The notes beneath the pieces were generated by a model. The model saw only the letters and a list, made by a program, of their open reading frames with translations. It was not told the origin of the DNA and did no database searches. This document shows, piece after piece, positions 1 through 12,231 of a DNA stretch of 39,727 nt. Every line of letters begins with the position of its first letter. Within the stretch, counting starts at the first letter, position 1. Location: contig JAMDEE010000021.1 of the NCBI GenBank assembly GCA_023487605.1, positions 1 through 39,727 of the forward strand, given 5' to 3'. This stretch comes from Patescibacteria group bacterium (GTDB lineage: Bacteria; Patescibacteriota; Microgenomatia; Levybacterales; UBA12049). The position numbers and the translations under genes were made by a program.

Positions 1-2199
<2,199 letters not shown>

Positions 2200-2200
<1 letters not shown>

Positions 2201-3726
2201 TAGACCGAAAATCCTTTCTTAAATTCTCCCGTCGCTTTTTGCAGCTGTTTTTTTGTTTCCTCGTCGGGTTTTGCCCCTTTTGAAAGAGTCGCTATTAGTT
2301 TTGGATAATTTGCTTTTATATAATTGTGATATTCTTTTTCGAATCTTGATATTTGTTCGGTAGGAATATCATCGGCGAATCCGTTGGTTATAACCCAGAT
2401 GCTTAAGTATTCCAGGGCTTCAATTAAAGAACCGTATTGAGGCTGTTTTAATATCTCGGTGGTTCTTCTGCCACGGTCCAGCTGAGCGGCGGTAGCGGCG
2501 TCTAACTCGCTTCCGAATTGCGCAAAAGAGGCCATTTCCCTGTATTGTGCAAGTTCAAGCTTCATCTGTCCGACAACCGATTTTATCGTAGGAGTTTGCG
2601 CCGCTCCTCCCACCCTTGAAACGGAAGTGCCTATGTTTATGGCCGGTCTTATACCGCTGTAGAAAAGGTCGCCTTCAAGATAAATCTGTCCGTCGGTAAT
2701 CGAAATTACGTTTGTAGGAATATATGCGGAAACGTCATTTCCCTGCGTTTCTATAATAGGCAGGGCGGTTATTGATCCTTCTCCCAATTCTTTGCTTAAT
2801 TTAACAGCTCTTTCCAAAAGTCTTGAATGAAGGTAAAAAATATCACCCGGGTATGCCTCTCTTCCCGCCGGTCTTTTTAAGACGAGCGATATTTGCCTGT
2901 ATGCCCATGCATGTTTTGTCAAATCGTCATAAACCACCAGGGCATCCTGCCCTTTTTCCATAAAATATTCGGCAATTGCGACTCCCGCATACGGTGCGAG
3001 ATACTGCAGGGCTGCGGGTTCGGATGCCGAAGCGACCATAACTATTGAGTAATCAATTGCTCCGGTTTCTTTTAGTTTATCTATAACCTGCGCAATTCTG
3101 CTTTGTTTTTGTCCTATGGCAACATAAACGCAGATTACGGGTTTTAATCCCTCTTTCGGGTTATTTTTTTGGTTAATAATTGTGTCAATTGCGATTGCAG
3201 TTTTTCCCAATCCCCGGTCTCCGATAATAAGTTCCCTTTGACCTCTTCCGATGGGGAACATCGCGTCGATAGATTTTATTCCGGTTTTCAAAGGGGTATT
3301 TACGGCTTCTCTTTCAACAACTCCCGCAGCTATTCTTTCCAGAGGCATTTCTTTTCCTTTATTCTTTGGTTTAGCTTTTCCGTCCAAAGGTTCTCCCAGA
3401 GGGTTAATAACCCTGCCGATTAAATCTTCCGATACGTTGATGGAAAGCATGCTTCCCGTTGCTTTTACCTTTTCTCCTTCTTTTATGCCGTCTCCGTCTC
3501 CCAGGAGAATTATCGAAACATTGTCTTCGTTTAAATTTAAGATCATTCCGATGACGCCGTTTTCAAAAGAAACCAATTCTCCCATCATGGCCTTGGATAA
3601 CCCCGAAGCCACCACGACACCGTCGGTATTGGATTCAACTTCACCGACGTTCTGCAGTTTGGCGTCCAGTTTAAAAGAAGATAATCCTTTTTCCAGTTGC
3701 TTAATAATCTCGTCGCTGTTTACCAT
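2200..3726 (-). CDS. atpA: F1 ATP synthase alpha subunit
   Basis: 508 aa with Walker A GDRGLGKT. Alpha-type sequence throughout and operon context. Confidence 0.95.
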
Positions 3727-3731
3727 AATAT

Positions 3732-4082
3732 TTATCCGTTTATATGCGAATTTAAATTTTCAAGAGTATTTTTAAGGCTTAATTCGTATATTAAGTCGTT
3801 ATTTTCCACCCTTAGTCCGGTTATAAGAGACGGTTCTTCTTTGAAAATTATTTTTTTCCCGTCAAAAGCCCCGGAAAGCTGTTTTTCAAATTCTTTGTCT
3901 TTGTAAAGCCTGGGGACGATTACGGTAACTTTTTTTGCGTTTTCAAGTTCCCTTAGAATTTTAATATATTCCTTCAGGTCTTGTCTAGAGAGAAAATTCG
4001 CAATTTTTTTTACTTTCTTTCCATCCAATTCTCCCTTTGTATAGCTGAGTTGTGCTAACTTTTTTATTTTATTTTTTATCAT
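3732..4082 (-). CDS. atpH: ATP synthase delta (OSCP)-like subunit, unusually short (116 aa)
   Basis: It sits between atpF and atpA, and its ATG overlaps the atpF stop. The C-terminal half (EEPSLITGLRVENNDLIYELSLKNTLENL) resembles the delta C-terminal domain. Most of the N-terminal domain is missing. Confidence 0.6.
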   Translation of the reverse strand: MIKNKIKKLAQLSYTKGELDGKKVKKIANFLSRQDLKEYIKILRELENAKKVTVIVPRLYKDKEFEKQLSGAFDGKKIIFKEEPSLITGLRVENNDLIYELSLKNTLENLNSHING

Positions 4083-4585
4083 GATTTTTTACCTTTTAAC
4101 TCTTTTACCGCTTTTTCTATCAATTGTTTTTGCTCTTTTTCTCCAAACATCTGTCCCAAAGATTTTGTTAACAGTTCAATGGAGAGATTAGTAATATTCT
4201 GGGACAGCCTTCTTTCTGTTTCTTTTGCTTCCTGCTCGATTTGCCTCCTTGCTTCCTCCAGTATCTTTTCCGCCTGTTTTCTGGAATTATCCTCTATTTC
4301 TTTTGAAATATTAATCGCTTCCGTATTAGCGTCTTCAACAATTTTTTTCGACTGGTCCTGAGCTTTTTTAAGGATTTTTTTCTCTTCTTCGAGCGCTTTT
4401 TCTAAGGCCAGCCTTCCTTCCTCGGCCTGTTTTATCCCTTCCTTAATAGAAGTTTCTCTTTTTTTAAGCATGTCCATAACAGGCTTATAAAGAAGCTTTT
4501 TAAGGATAAATAGAATAATTAAAAAATTTACAATTTGAGCGACCAACAAAATTGGATCAAACCCAAAATTTTTAAGTATTTCCAT
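4079..4585 (-). CDS. atpF: Fo ATP synthase b subunit
   Basis: 168 aa with one N-terminal TM helix followed by a long charged coiled coil (E/K-rich). Operon position supports the call. Confidence 0.78.
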   Translation of the reverse strand: MEILKNFGFDPILLVAQIVNFLIILFILKKLLYKPVMDMLKKRETSIKEGIKQAEEGRLALEKALEEEKKILKKAQDQSKKIVEDANTEAINISKEIEDNSRKQAEKILEEARRQIEQEAKETERRLSQNITNLSIELLTKSLGQMFGEKEQKQLIEKAVKELKGKKS

Positions 4586-4591
4586 AAAATT

Positions 4592-4801
4592 TTATTTCCC
4601 GATAAAGGCAAATATTAAAGAATAAATTGCAATAGCTTCCGCAAAAGCCATTCCTAAAAGCATTGCAGGCAGAATTCTTCCGGTTGCTTCGGGATTTCTT
4701 CCGATAGCTTCCATAGCTTTGGCGCCGATTAAACCGATTGCCAAAGCGGCCATTTGACCTCCGATTGCAATAATTAGGCCTCCTGATATACTAAATGTCA
4801 T
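4592..4801 (-). CDS. atpE: Fo ATP synthase c subunit
   Basis: 69-aa helical hairpin proteolipid with a GRNPE loop and carboxylate motif AFAEAIAIY. Confidence 0.88.
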   Translation of the reverse strand: MTFSISGGLIIAIGGQMAALAIGLIGAKAMEAIGRNPEATGRILPAMLLGMAFAEAIAIYSLIFAFIGK

Positions 4802-5550
4802 TTGTGACTCACCTCCTTGGCCTCAGTGTGATGAGGCGTTGAAAGTATTGCCATAAATGCCATTGTCAGCATTGCAAAAACGAGTGCCTGAACAAAACCT
4901 ACGATAAACTCCAAGAGTAAAAACGGAAGGGGAGCGATGAATGCAAATATAGACGCAATTGTTCCCAGGACTATTTCTCCGGCGTAGATATTGCCGAAAA
5001 GACGGAAAGAGAGCGAAATTATTTTTGTTATTTCGGAAATCATTTCTAAAAACCCTATGAATTGGTTCATAGGGTTAATTGAAAAATATCTGCCTAAATA
5101 CTCCTTAATTCCTATAATCTTGATGCTGATTACATGTGTGGCAACCGCCGATACAAGCGCCAGGCCCAGAGTGGTGTTTAAGTCTGTTGTAGCGCTTCTA
5201 AGAAGCGGAACAAGCGTTTTGCTTTTTCCTACCCCCTCATAGAAACCGATAGTCCCGAACCCCGGAATAAGGCCTGACCAGTTAGCAAGCAAAATAAATA
5301 TAAAGAAAGTTGCAAAAAACGGAAAAATTCTTGCGGCTCTTTCGGGCGCTACCGATTCGGTTAAGTTATACATAGTTTCAACAGCATACTCGGAAATATT
5401 TTGGACAAATCCGGGGATTAACTTTAAATGTTTTTTTATATAAATAGCTATGCCTACCAAAACACCGTCGACAATTAATGTATCCAGTAAGGTGTTTGTC
5501 ACACTAAAAAAGCCCAAACGAAATATAGGTTCTGCTGCAAATGAAACCAC
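4798..5550 (-). CDS. atpB: Fo ATP synthase a subunit (GTG start)
   Basis: 250-aa polytopic membrane protein with the conserved SLSFRLFGNIYAGE motif. First gene of the atp operon. Confidence 0.87.
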   Translation of the reverse strand: MVSFAAEPIFRLGFFSVTNTLLDTLIVDGVLVGIAIYIKKHLKLIPGFVQNISEYAVETMYNLTESVAPERAARIFPFFATFFIFILLANWSGLIPGFGTIGFYEGVGKSKTLVPLLRSATTDLNTTLGLALVSAVATHVISIKIIGIKEYLGRYFSINPMNQFIGFLEMISEITKIISLSFRLFGNIYAGEIVLGTIASIFAFIAPLPFLLLEFIVGFVQALVFAMLTMAFMAILSTPHHTEAKEVSHK

Positions 5551-5557
5551 GTAATTT

Positions 5558-5586
5558 ATTTTATAAAGAAAATAGCTTCAAGTCAA
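5558..5586 (-). promoter_or_regulatory. atp operon promoter TTGACT-17-TAAAAT, 7 nt upstream of the atpB GTG
   Basis: The minus strand reads cttcTTGACTtgaagctattttctttaTAAAATaaattacGTG. The -35 box overlaps the dnaE stop codon. No SD is present. Confidence 0.5.
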
Positions 5587-8500
5587 GAAGAAAAACGGCT
5601 AAAAGCGGATATTTTTTCGGCAATAATTATCGGTTTGTCGTTTTTTGTGTCTATTTTGCCGTTTACAACGATGACGGAATCCTTTGTTAAAATGTTTTTG
5701 TACTGCTCAAATACCCTCGGGAAAATAATACACTCGGCAACCAGACCCTTTTCGTCACTGACTGTAACAAAAGCCATTTCACTGCCGTTTTTCTTTGTAA
5801 AAATTCTCCTGATTGTTTCGATAAGGCCTCCTATTGTAACCTGAGTGCCCTCATTTTCTTCCGGCAGAAGCTCTATATCGTGCGTGACTACGGATCTTAG
5901 TTTGGTAAGGCTTTCCATTTGGGGGTGTGACGTTAAGTAAAAACCCAAAAACTCTTTTTCGAAAGCAAGTTTTTCATTGGGTGAAAAATCTTCAACGTTG
6001 CCTGCGGTAGATCCGGGCGGGTCGTCATCCTGTTCGTCAAAAAGGCTCGTCTGGCCCGATTGGCTTTGTTTCAATTTTCTGTGGGAATTTTCAATTATTT
6101 CGGGATATGTAATTAAAAGATTGGCCCGTTTACCGAAAATATCCATGGCACCTGCCTTGATAAGGCTTTCTACGGTTTTTTTATTCACGGCTCCAAGGTC
6201 TACTTTTGAACAAAAATCTTCAAGGCTTTTGAACGGACCATTTTCTCTTTGTTTGAGAATACTTCCTATTGCCGCGTCTCCGACATTTTTTATTGCAGAT
6301 AAGCCGAATCTTATCTTTGTTTTATCTTCAATTGTAAATTCATCTCCGGATTTATTTATGTCTGGAGGCAGAACCGTAACCTTCAGCCTTTTGCATTCGG
6401 CGACAGCCTGGGCAATTTTTTCATTTTTTACAGGCCCGGTGGTGCCCCTTGATTCTGCGGTTAAAAGCGCGGTCATAAACTCTACGGGAAAGTGGGCTTT
6501 AAGGTAAGCCGTTCTAAAGGCAATAGTTGCATAGCATGCGGCATGTGCCTTGCCGAAACCATATCCCGCAAAGGGTTCAAAAAGAATCCATAAGTTTTCG
6601 GCGTTTTTTTTGTTCATTCCGTTGGTAACGCAGCCGTCAACAAATTTATCATGCTGTTTTTTCATTTCGGCGGGAATTTTTTTACCGACGGCTTTTCTTA
6701 ATTTATCGGCTTCAAGCCAGGAGTATCCTGCGACTTTAATAGCGGTTAAAAGCAAATCGTCCTGAAAAGTTATAATACCGTAAGACTCTTTGAGTACATC
6801 CTCAAGCCTCGGGTCGGGGTATTTAATAAAGTTAGGGTTATTTTTACGTTTAATGAATTCGGGAATATTTGCCATCGGACCCGGACGGTAGAGGGCTACC
6901 ATTGCCTGCAGGTCAAATATGGAAGAGGGTTTTAATTCTTTTACGTAGCGCCTCATCCCCGACGACTCAAGCTGAAAAATTCCGGTTGTTTCGCCTGAAG
7001 CTAAAAGATCGTAAGTTTTTTTATCTTCAAACGGAACTTTTGAAAAATCAATGTCGAGCCCCTGGTTATCTTTTATAAACTTAAGGGCCTCCTGGATAAT
7101 TGTTAAATTTCTAAGTCCCAAGAAGTCTATTTTCAAAAGACCTACTCCGTCTTCACCTATACTGTACATATCGTATTGGGTGATTATTTTTTCTCCGTTT
7201 GTTTCTCTTTGCAAAGGCGTATATTCGGTTATATCTTTATCGGCAATAACGACTCCCGCCGCATGTACCGAAGCATGCCTGGCCACACCTTCCAGTTTTT
7301 TGGCCAGGTCTAAAAGTTTTCTGGTTTCGGTTTCGGTTTGATAGACAAGTCTGAGTTCGGGATTTTGCTCCATAGCTTTATCTATCGTCATTGCGTGCCC
7401 CTGCCAGCCGGGCGGAATCATTTTGGATATCCTGTCGGGACCGGAATAGGGCATACCCATAACTCTTCCCGTATCCCTGACAGAACCTCTTGCCTCCATG
7501 GTTCCGAAAGTTATTATTTGGGCCACCTTATCTCTTCCGTATTTTTCCCTGACGTACTCAATTACTTCGTCTCTTCTGTTGTCTGCAAAATCCAGGTCTA
7601 TATCGGGCGGAGAGGGGCGCATCGGGTTTAAAAATCTCTCAAAAGGAAGCTTAAAATATAACGGGTCTATATCGGAAATACCCAGGGCATAAGATACAAT
7701 GGAACCTGCGTTTGAACCTCTGCCGGGACCGACCGTAATGCCCCGGGATTTCGCCCAATTAACGAAGTCCGCAACTATTAAAATATACGTTTCGTAGCCT
7801 TTTTTAAGAATAATAGACAGTTCGTAATCAGCCCTTTCTTTTATTTCGGGGGATATTTTTTTATATCTGTTCTTGAGTCCTTCTTCTACCTTAATTTGCA
7901 TATACTCGGCAGGGGTTTTCCCTTCCGGAACTTCGAATTTAGGCATAATCCATTTTCCAAGCGTTATTTCCACATTGCACATATCGGCAATTTTTATTGT
8001 GTTTTCTATAGCTTCGGGGATTTGTATGAAAGCGCCTGTCATTTCTTCGGAGCTTTTGATATAAAAATCCGGTGAATCTATCATCGAAAGTTTTCTGTTT
8101 GGGGTATCTAATGTCGTTTGAGTTTGAATACAGAGCAGTGTTTCCTGGGCTTGTGCATCCGTATTATATATATAATGGTTATCGTTTGTCGCAACAAGGG
8201 GAAGGCCTAATTTTTCTGAGAGTTTAATCAATTTTTCATTCAATTTATCCTGGTCCTTTATGTTTATATGTTTTTGCAGTTCCAGATAAAAATGGTCCTT
8301 GCCGAAAATTTCGGCCAGCGTCTCGGCTCTTTTTTCTGCCTCGTCGTCCCGGTTATTGAGTAGGGGATCGGAAACATACCCGCCGATGCACGCGCTAAGA
8401 CATATAAGCCCTTCGTGGTGCTCTTTTAAAAGTTCCATATCTGTTCTTGGCTTGTAATAATAGCCTTCCAAATTTGCAATGGAAATAATTTTCATCAGGT

Positions 8501-8801
8501 TTTTATAACCGATTTGGTTTTCCGCCAACAGAACAAGATGGTTCGAGTCACTGTCTATTCCTGCTTCCTTATCGTGTCTTGTGCGTTTGCTGACGTATAT
8601 TTCGCAGCCGATAATAGGCTTAATCCCCGCTTCTATACAGGCTTTGTAAAAAGTAATTGTCCCGTACATATTTCCGTGGTCGGTAATTGCAAGGGCCTTC
8701 ATGTTAAGTTCTTTTGCACGCGTGACCATCTCCCGTATTTTAGAGAGTCCGTCCAAAAGCGAAAATTCGCTGTGGTTATGAAGGTGTACAAAATCAGCCA
8801 T
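5583..8801 (-). CDS. dnaE: DNA polymerase III alpha subunit
   Basis: 1072 aa with an N-terminal PHP domain (FVHLHNHSEFSLLDG) and DnaE-type polymerase core and OB region. Confidence 0.95.
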   Translation of the reverse strand: MADFVHLHNHSEFSLLDGLSKIREMVTRAKELNMKALAITDHGNMYGTITFYKACIEAGIKPIIGCEIYVSKRTRHDKEAGIDSDSNHLVLLAENQIGYKNLMKIISIANLEGYYYKPRTDMELLKEHHEGLICLSACIGGYVSDPLLNNRDDEAEKRAETLAEIFGKDHFYLELQKHINIKDQDKLNEKLIKLSEKLGLPLVATNDNHYIYNTDAQAQETLLCIQTQTTLDTPNRKLSMIDSPDFYIKSSEEMTGAFIQIPEAIENTIKIADMCNVEITLGKWIMPKFEVPEGKTPAEYMQIKVEEGLKNRYKKISPEIKERADYELSIILKKGYETYILIVADFVNWAKSRGITVGPGRGSNAGSIVSYALGISDIDPLYFKLPFERFLNPMRPSPPDIDLDFADNRRDEVIEYVREKYGRDKVAQIITFGTMEARGSVRDTGRVMGMPYSGPDRISKMIPPGWQGHAMTIDKAMEQNPELRLVYQTETETRKLLDLAKKLEGVARHASVHAAGVVIADKDITEYTPLQRETNGEKIITQYDMYSIGEDGVGLLKIDFLGLRNLTIIQEALKFIKDNQGLDIDFSKVPFEDKKTYDLLASGETTGIFQLESSGMRRYVKELKPSSIFDLQAMVALYRPGPMANIPEFIKRKNNPNFIKYPDPRLEDVLKESYGIITFQDDLLLTAIKVAGYSWLEADKLRKAVGKKIPAEMKKQHDKFVDGCVTNGMNKKNAENLWILFEPFAGYGFGKAHAACYATIAFRTAYLKAHFPVEFMTALLTAESRGTTGPVKNEKIAQAVAECKRLKVTVLPPDINKSGDEFTIEDKTKIRFGLSAIKNVGDAAIGSILKQRENGPFKSLEDFCSKVDLGAVNKKTVESLIKAGAMDIFGKRANLLITYPEIIENSHRKLKQSQSGQTSLFDEQDDDPPGSTAGNVEDFSPNEKLAFEKEFLGFYLTSHPQMESLTKLRSVVTHDIELLPEENEGTQVTIGGLIETIRRIFTKKNGSEMAFVTVSDEKGLVAECIIFPRVFEQYKNILTKDSVIVVNGKIDTKNDKPIIIAEKISAFSRFSS

Positions 8802-8811
8802 TAATAATATC

Positions 8812-9477
8812 CTATCCTTTGTCTGTCAGCATTATATTTTTGTGTTCTTTTTTCGACAGTGTTTTGGCTTGGTAAAGCATTTTATCTGCTCTGTCCAGAG
8901 ATTGTTTTACGGCATCCGGATCAAGATAGGCGGCTCCCGCGGCTATACTTATACCCCGTTGTGTAAATGAGGGCTCAAGTCTTTCGGTCCATAATGAATC
9001 TGCCCCCTCGATTTCTGTTTCGGGCAATACTATTGCAAATTCGTCTCCGCCTATTCTCGCGCCTACGTCAATTGTTCTTGTTGAGTTTCTTATAGCCAAG
9101 CCGACATCTTCAATTAGTTTGTTACCGGCTTCATGTCCCCTTGTATCATTTATTAATTTCAAGTTATTGGCATCCAGGTAAATTACGGTCGTTTTATGCC
9201 CGTGTCTTTTTGCTCTTTCCGCTTCCTCTCTCAATCTTCTCTCGAACCCGTTCCTGTTCAAAAGTCCTGTGACGCTGTCTATTTCTCCTTCTTCCTGTTT
9301 TTTTAACAATGCCCTCCCAAATTTATATCTGGCTTTTTTAAAGATACTTGTATCCGGTTCCAGCCCTGTAGATTTTAAAATTTCTCCGGCTTGTTGCCTG
9401 TGCGGAGAATATTGTTCCTTCAGTGCTCTAAACCAACCTTTGCTTTGGTGCTCGGAATTTAAGTTACTTTCGCTCAT
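8812..9477 (-). CDS. Small GGDEF-domain diguanylate cyclase
   Basis: 221 aa with GLLNRNGFERRL and an intact IGGDEF active-site motif. RTID lies 5 residues upstream (RxxD I-site spacing). The ATG overlaps the gatB TGA (ATGA). Confidence 0.85.
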   Translation of the reverse strand: MSESNLNSEHQSKGWFRALKEQYSPHRQQAGEILKSTGLEPDTSIFKKARYKFGRALLKKQEEGEIDSVTGLLNRNGFERRLREEAERAKRHGHKTTVIYLDANNLKLINDTRGHEAGNKLIEDVGLAIRNSTRTIDVGARIGGDEFAIVLPETEIEGADSLWTERLEPSFTQRGISIAAGAAYLDPDAVKQSLDRADKMLYQAKTLSKKEHKNIMLTDKG

Positions 9478-10829
9478 TTTAATTCCTCCAAAATTAACTT
9501 TCTCAATACTTCGGTATCTATTTTCTTTCTGAGTATATACATTACCTGACCGATTATAAACTGAATGACAGAACCTTTACCTTTTTTGTAATCTGCTGTG
9601 ACTTGAGGATTGTCTTTGAGGATCTTTCTAACTATCTCTTTTAGTTCTTCGGGATTAACATCATTGGTTTTTGAGCTTTTAACAATTTCCCCGATAAGTT
9701 TGGCAGGTAAAATTTCCGTGATGTTTATTTTTTTATTAATTAAGTAATTTGCAACCTGTTTTGCCGTCAGGTTATGATTCTTTCCGGAGCTTACCGCTTC
9801 TTCAAAATAGTCTGCGGTTTCTCTGTCCTTTGTAAGAGTTAGACTGTCCGCTTTGGGAAGGGAATATTCTTTTTCGAATCTTTTTATTTTTTTATCTGGC
9901 AACTCGGGCATTCGGGATTTGAGGCTTAATATTTGAGTCTCTGTCCAGCAAACCGGAGGAATATCGGGTTCGGGAAAATATCTGTAATCGTTTGCCTCTT
10001 CTTTTATTCTTTGCGAGACGGTTGAAGACGTTTTTTCCACGAATCCGCGGGTTTCCTGCAAAGGCGTTTCTCCTTGTTCCAGGATTTCCGCCTGCCTTTT
10101 TATTTCGTAATCGATTGCTTTGCCGACAAAAGCGAATGAGTTGATGTTCTTGACCTCTACTTTGTATGGAGGCAGCCGGTTGCCGGTTGCCGGTTGCCGA
10201 TTAGTGATTTTATGAAGGGATATATTCGGTTCAAGCCTCATATTGCCTTTTTCCATGTCGGCATTGGAAACGTCAAGATATCTTACAATTTGCTGAAGTT
10301 TTTGCAGGTACTCTTTAACTTCGTCTGCCGTTTCGAAATCGGGTTCGGTGACAATTTCTACCAGCGGGACTCCGCTTCTATTAAAATCAATTAAAGAATA
10401 ATTTTGATTTTTGGTTTCTGATTTTTGGTTTTCAAATTGATGCAACAATTTGGCCGTGTCTTCCTCCATGTGGACTCTGGTTATTCCGATTTTCTTGCCG
10501 CTTTCGAGTGTAATGTGCCCGTTAACGCAGAATGGCTGGTCGTATTGGGAAATCTGGTAACCCTTGGGAAGGTCGGGATAAAAATAATTTTTTCTGTCAA
10601 ATTTGCTGAACATTGGAATATCACAGTTTAATGCCAGGCCTATTTTTACACACCATTCTATGGCTTTTTGATTGGGGACGGGAAGCGCTCCGGGGAGTCC
10701 CAGACATACGGGACACGTGTGGGAGTTCGGTTCTTGCCCGAAATAATCGGCGCTGCAAGAGCAAAACATTTTTGAATCGGTTTTAAGTTCGACGTGCACT
10801 TCGAGACCGATTATTGTTTTATAACCCAT
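9474..10829 (-). CDS. gatB: Asp/Glu-tRNA amidotransferase subunit B
   Basis: IGLEVHVELKT N-terminus, conserved GatB core and a YqeY-like tail. ATG 10829 (MGYKTIIGLEVH) is preferred because it has AAAGGA 8 nt upstream and overlaps the gatA stop. The track start at 10844 remains possible. Confidence 0.92.
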   Translation of the reverse strand: MGYKTIIGLEVHVELKTDSKMFCSCSADYFGQEPNSHTCPVCLGLPGALPVPNQKAIEWCVKIGLALNCDIPMFSKFDRKNYFYPDLPKGYQISQYDQPFCVNGHITLESGKKIGITRVHMEEDTAKLLHQFENQKSETKNQNYSLIDFNRSGVPLVEIVTEPDFETADEVKEYLQKLQQIVRYLDVSNADMEKGNMRLEPNISLHKITNRQPATGNRLPPYKVEVKNINSFAFVGKAIDYEIKRQAEILEQGETPLQETRGFVEKTSSTVSQRIKEEANDYRYFPEPDIPPVCWTETQILSLKSRMPELPDKKIKRFEKEYSLPKADSLTLTKDRETADYFEEAVSSGKNHNLTAKQVANYLINKKINITEILPAKLIGEIVKSSKTNDVNPEELKEIVRKILKDNPQVTADYKKGKGSVIQFIIGQVMYILRKKIDTEVLRKLILEELK

Positions 10830-12231
10830 ATGGATTCCTTTCATGCCAGTTATGGTTTATTTCATAATGCTGTCCTATCCTGAAAAGAAGACTTTCCGAA
10901 AAGTGGGGCCCCAGAATTTGCATTCCAACCGGCAGCCCGTCTATGAAGCCTATGGGGACGGAAAGTCCGGGAATGCCTGCCAAATTTATGGGAGCGGCAA
11001 AAACGTCGGACAGGTACATTTTTAAAGGATCATTTACTTTTTCCCCTAATTTCCAGGGCATAGTGGGTGATACCGGCGCAATTATCGCATCGACTTTTTC
11101 GAATGCATTGTCAAAATCCTGTTTTATCAGCGTTCTGACCCTCATTGCTTTTTTATAATAGGCATCGTAGTAGCCAACGGAAAGTGTAAACGTCCCGAGC
11201 ATTATTCTTCTTTTTGCCTCGTCTCCGAATGTTTCCCTGGCGTTTCCAAACCTTATTCCGTCGTAACGGGCCAGGTTTGATGACACTTCGGCCGGCTGGA
11301 TAATATAATAAGTTGCTATGGCGTATTCGGTATTGGGAAGGGAAATGTCTATAATTTGCGCGCCTTCCTTTTCGTAAAATTTAATTGCCTTTTCTATTTC
11401 TTCTTTTATTTTTTTATCTAAACCTTCTATAAAATATTCTTTTGGTATGCCTATCTTTAGCCCTTTTACGCCTTTATTTAAGTCTTTGGCATAGTCTAAA
11501 ACTTCAACAGGAGGGGTAGTTGCATCTAATTCATCTTTTCCTGCGGTAACATTCAAAAGAGACGCACTGTCTTCAACTGTTTTTGTGAAATGTCCTATCG
11601 AATCCAGCGAGGAGGCCATCGCGATAATGCCGTACCTGCTCACCCTTCCGTAAGTGGGTTTTATGCCCACGGTATTCGTAAAGCTCGCGGGAAGCCTGAT
11701 AGACCCGCCCGTGTCGGTGCCTGTTGCGGCAAGAGCCATACCTGCCGTTACGCTCACTGCGGAGCCGCTGCTTGACCCTCCGGGTATGTATGCTTCGTTC
11801 CACGGGTTTTTAGTGGGTCCGAAGTCCGAATTTTCACCGCTTGAACCGTGCGCCCATGCGTCGCAATTGGCTTTGCCAACTATGACTGCTCCCGCGTTCT
11901 TCAATTTTTTTACGACCGTTGCGTCGTAAGGGGGTATATAATCATCCAAAACTTTTGATGCCGCTGTTGTTCTAATTCCTTTGGTTGAAAAAAGGTCTTT
12001 GAGAGCTATAGGAATTCCCAGTAAAGGTAAATCCTGCCGGTTGGCAATTAATTTGTCGGCTTTTTTTGCCTGCTCCGTTGCTTCTTTTTCGGACAGAGTT
12101 AAGAAAACATTCAGGTTTGTGTTTCTTTTTTTTATTTCTTCAAAGCACGAATTCAAAAGGTCTACGGAAGAAAATTGTTTTTCTTTTAGCCCTTTTTTTG
12201 CCTGCTTGATAGAAAGATGGCTTAGTTTCAT
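10819..12231 (-). CDS. gatA: Asp/Glu-tRNA amidotransferase subunit A
   Basis: 470 aa with the amidase signature GGSSSGSAVSV. It overlaps the gatC stop. Confidence 0.93.
   Translation of the reverse strand: MKLSHLSIKQAKKGLKEKQFSSVDLLNSCFEEIKKRNTNLNVFLTLSEKEATEQAKKADKLIANRQDLPLLGIPIALKDLFSTKGIRTTAASKVLDDYIPPYDATVVKKLKNAGAVIVGKANCDAWAHGSSGENSDFGPTKNPWNEAYIPGGSSSGSAVSVTAGMALAATGTDTGGSIRLPASFTNTVGIKPTYGRVSRYGIIAMASSLDSIGHFTKTVEDSASLLNVTAGKDELDATTPPVEVLDYAKDLNKGVKGLKIGIPKEYFIEGLDKKIKEEIEKAIKFYEKEGAQIIDISLPNTEYAIATYYIIQPAEVSSNLARYDGIRFGNARETFGDEAKRRIMLGTFTLSVGYYDAYYKKAMRVRTLIKQDFDNAFEKVDAIIAPVSPTMPWKLGEKVNDPLKMYLSDVFAAPINLAGIPGLSVPIGFIDGLPVGMQILGPHFSESLLFRIGQHYEINHNWHERNPYGL

Noticed and set aside
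3251-3775. Long plus-strand ORFs antisense to conserved genes. Examples are 3251-3775 in atpA, 5977-6507 in dnaE, 26753-27283 in eno/ppsA, 30816-31340 in pmm and 32843-33283 in the DUF458-like gene.
   Set aside because: They are shadow ORFs opposite well-supported conserved CDSs. Their translations are low-complexity and Ser/Phe/Leu-rich with no recognisable motifs.
11573-11803. A 76-aa Arg-rich minus-strand ORF and plus-strand ORFs inside gatA.
   Set aside because: They are out-of-frame overlaps within a strongly conserved amidase CDS, and their composition is typical of alternative-frame artefacts.
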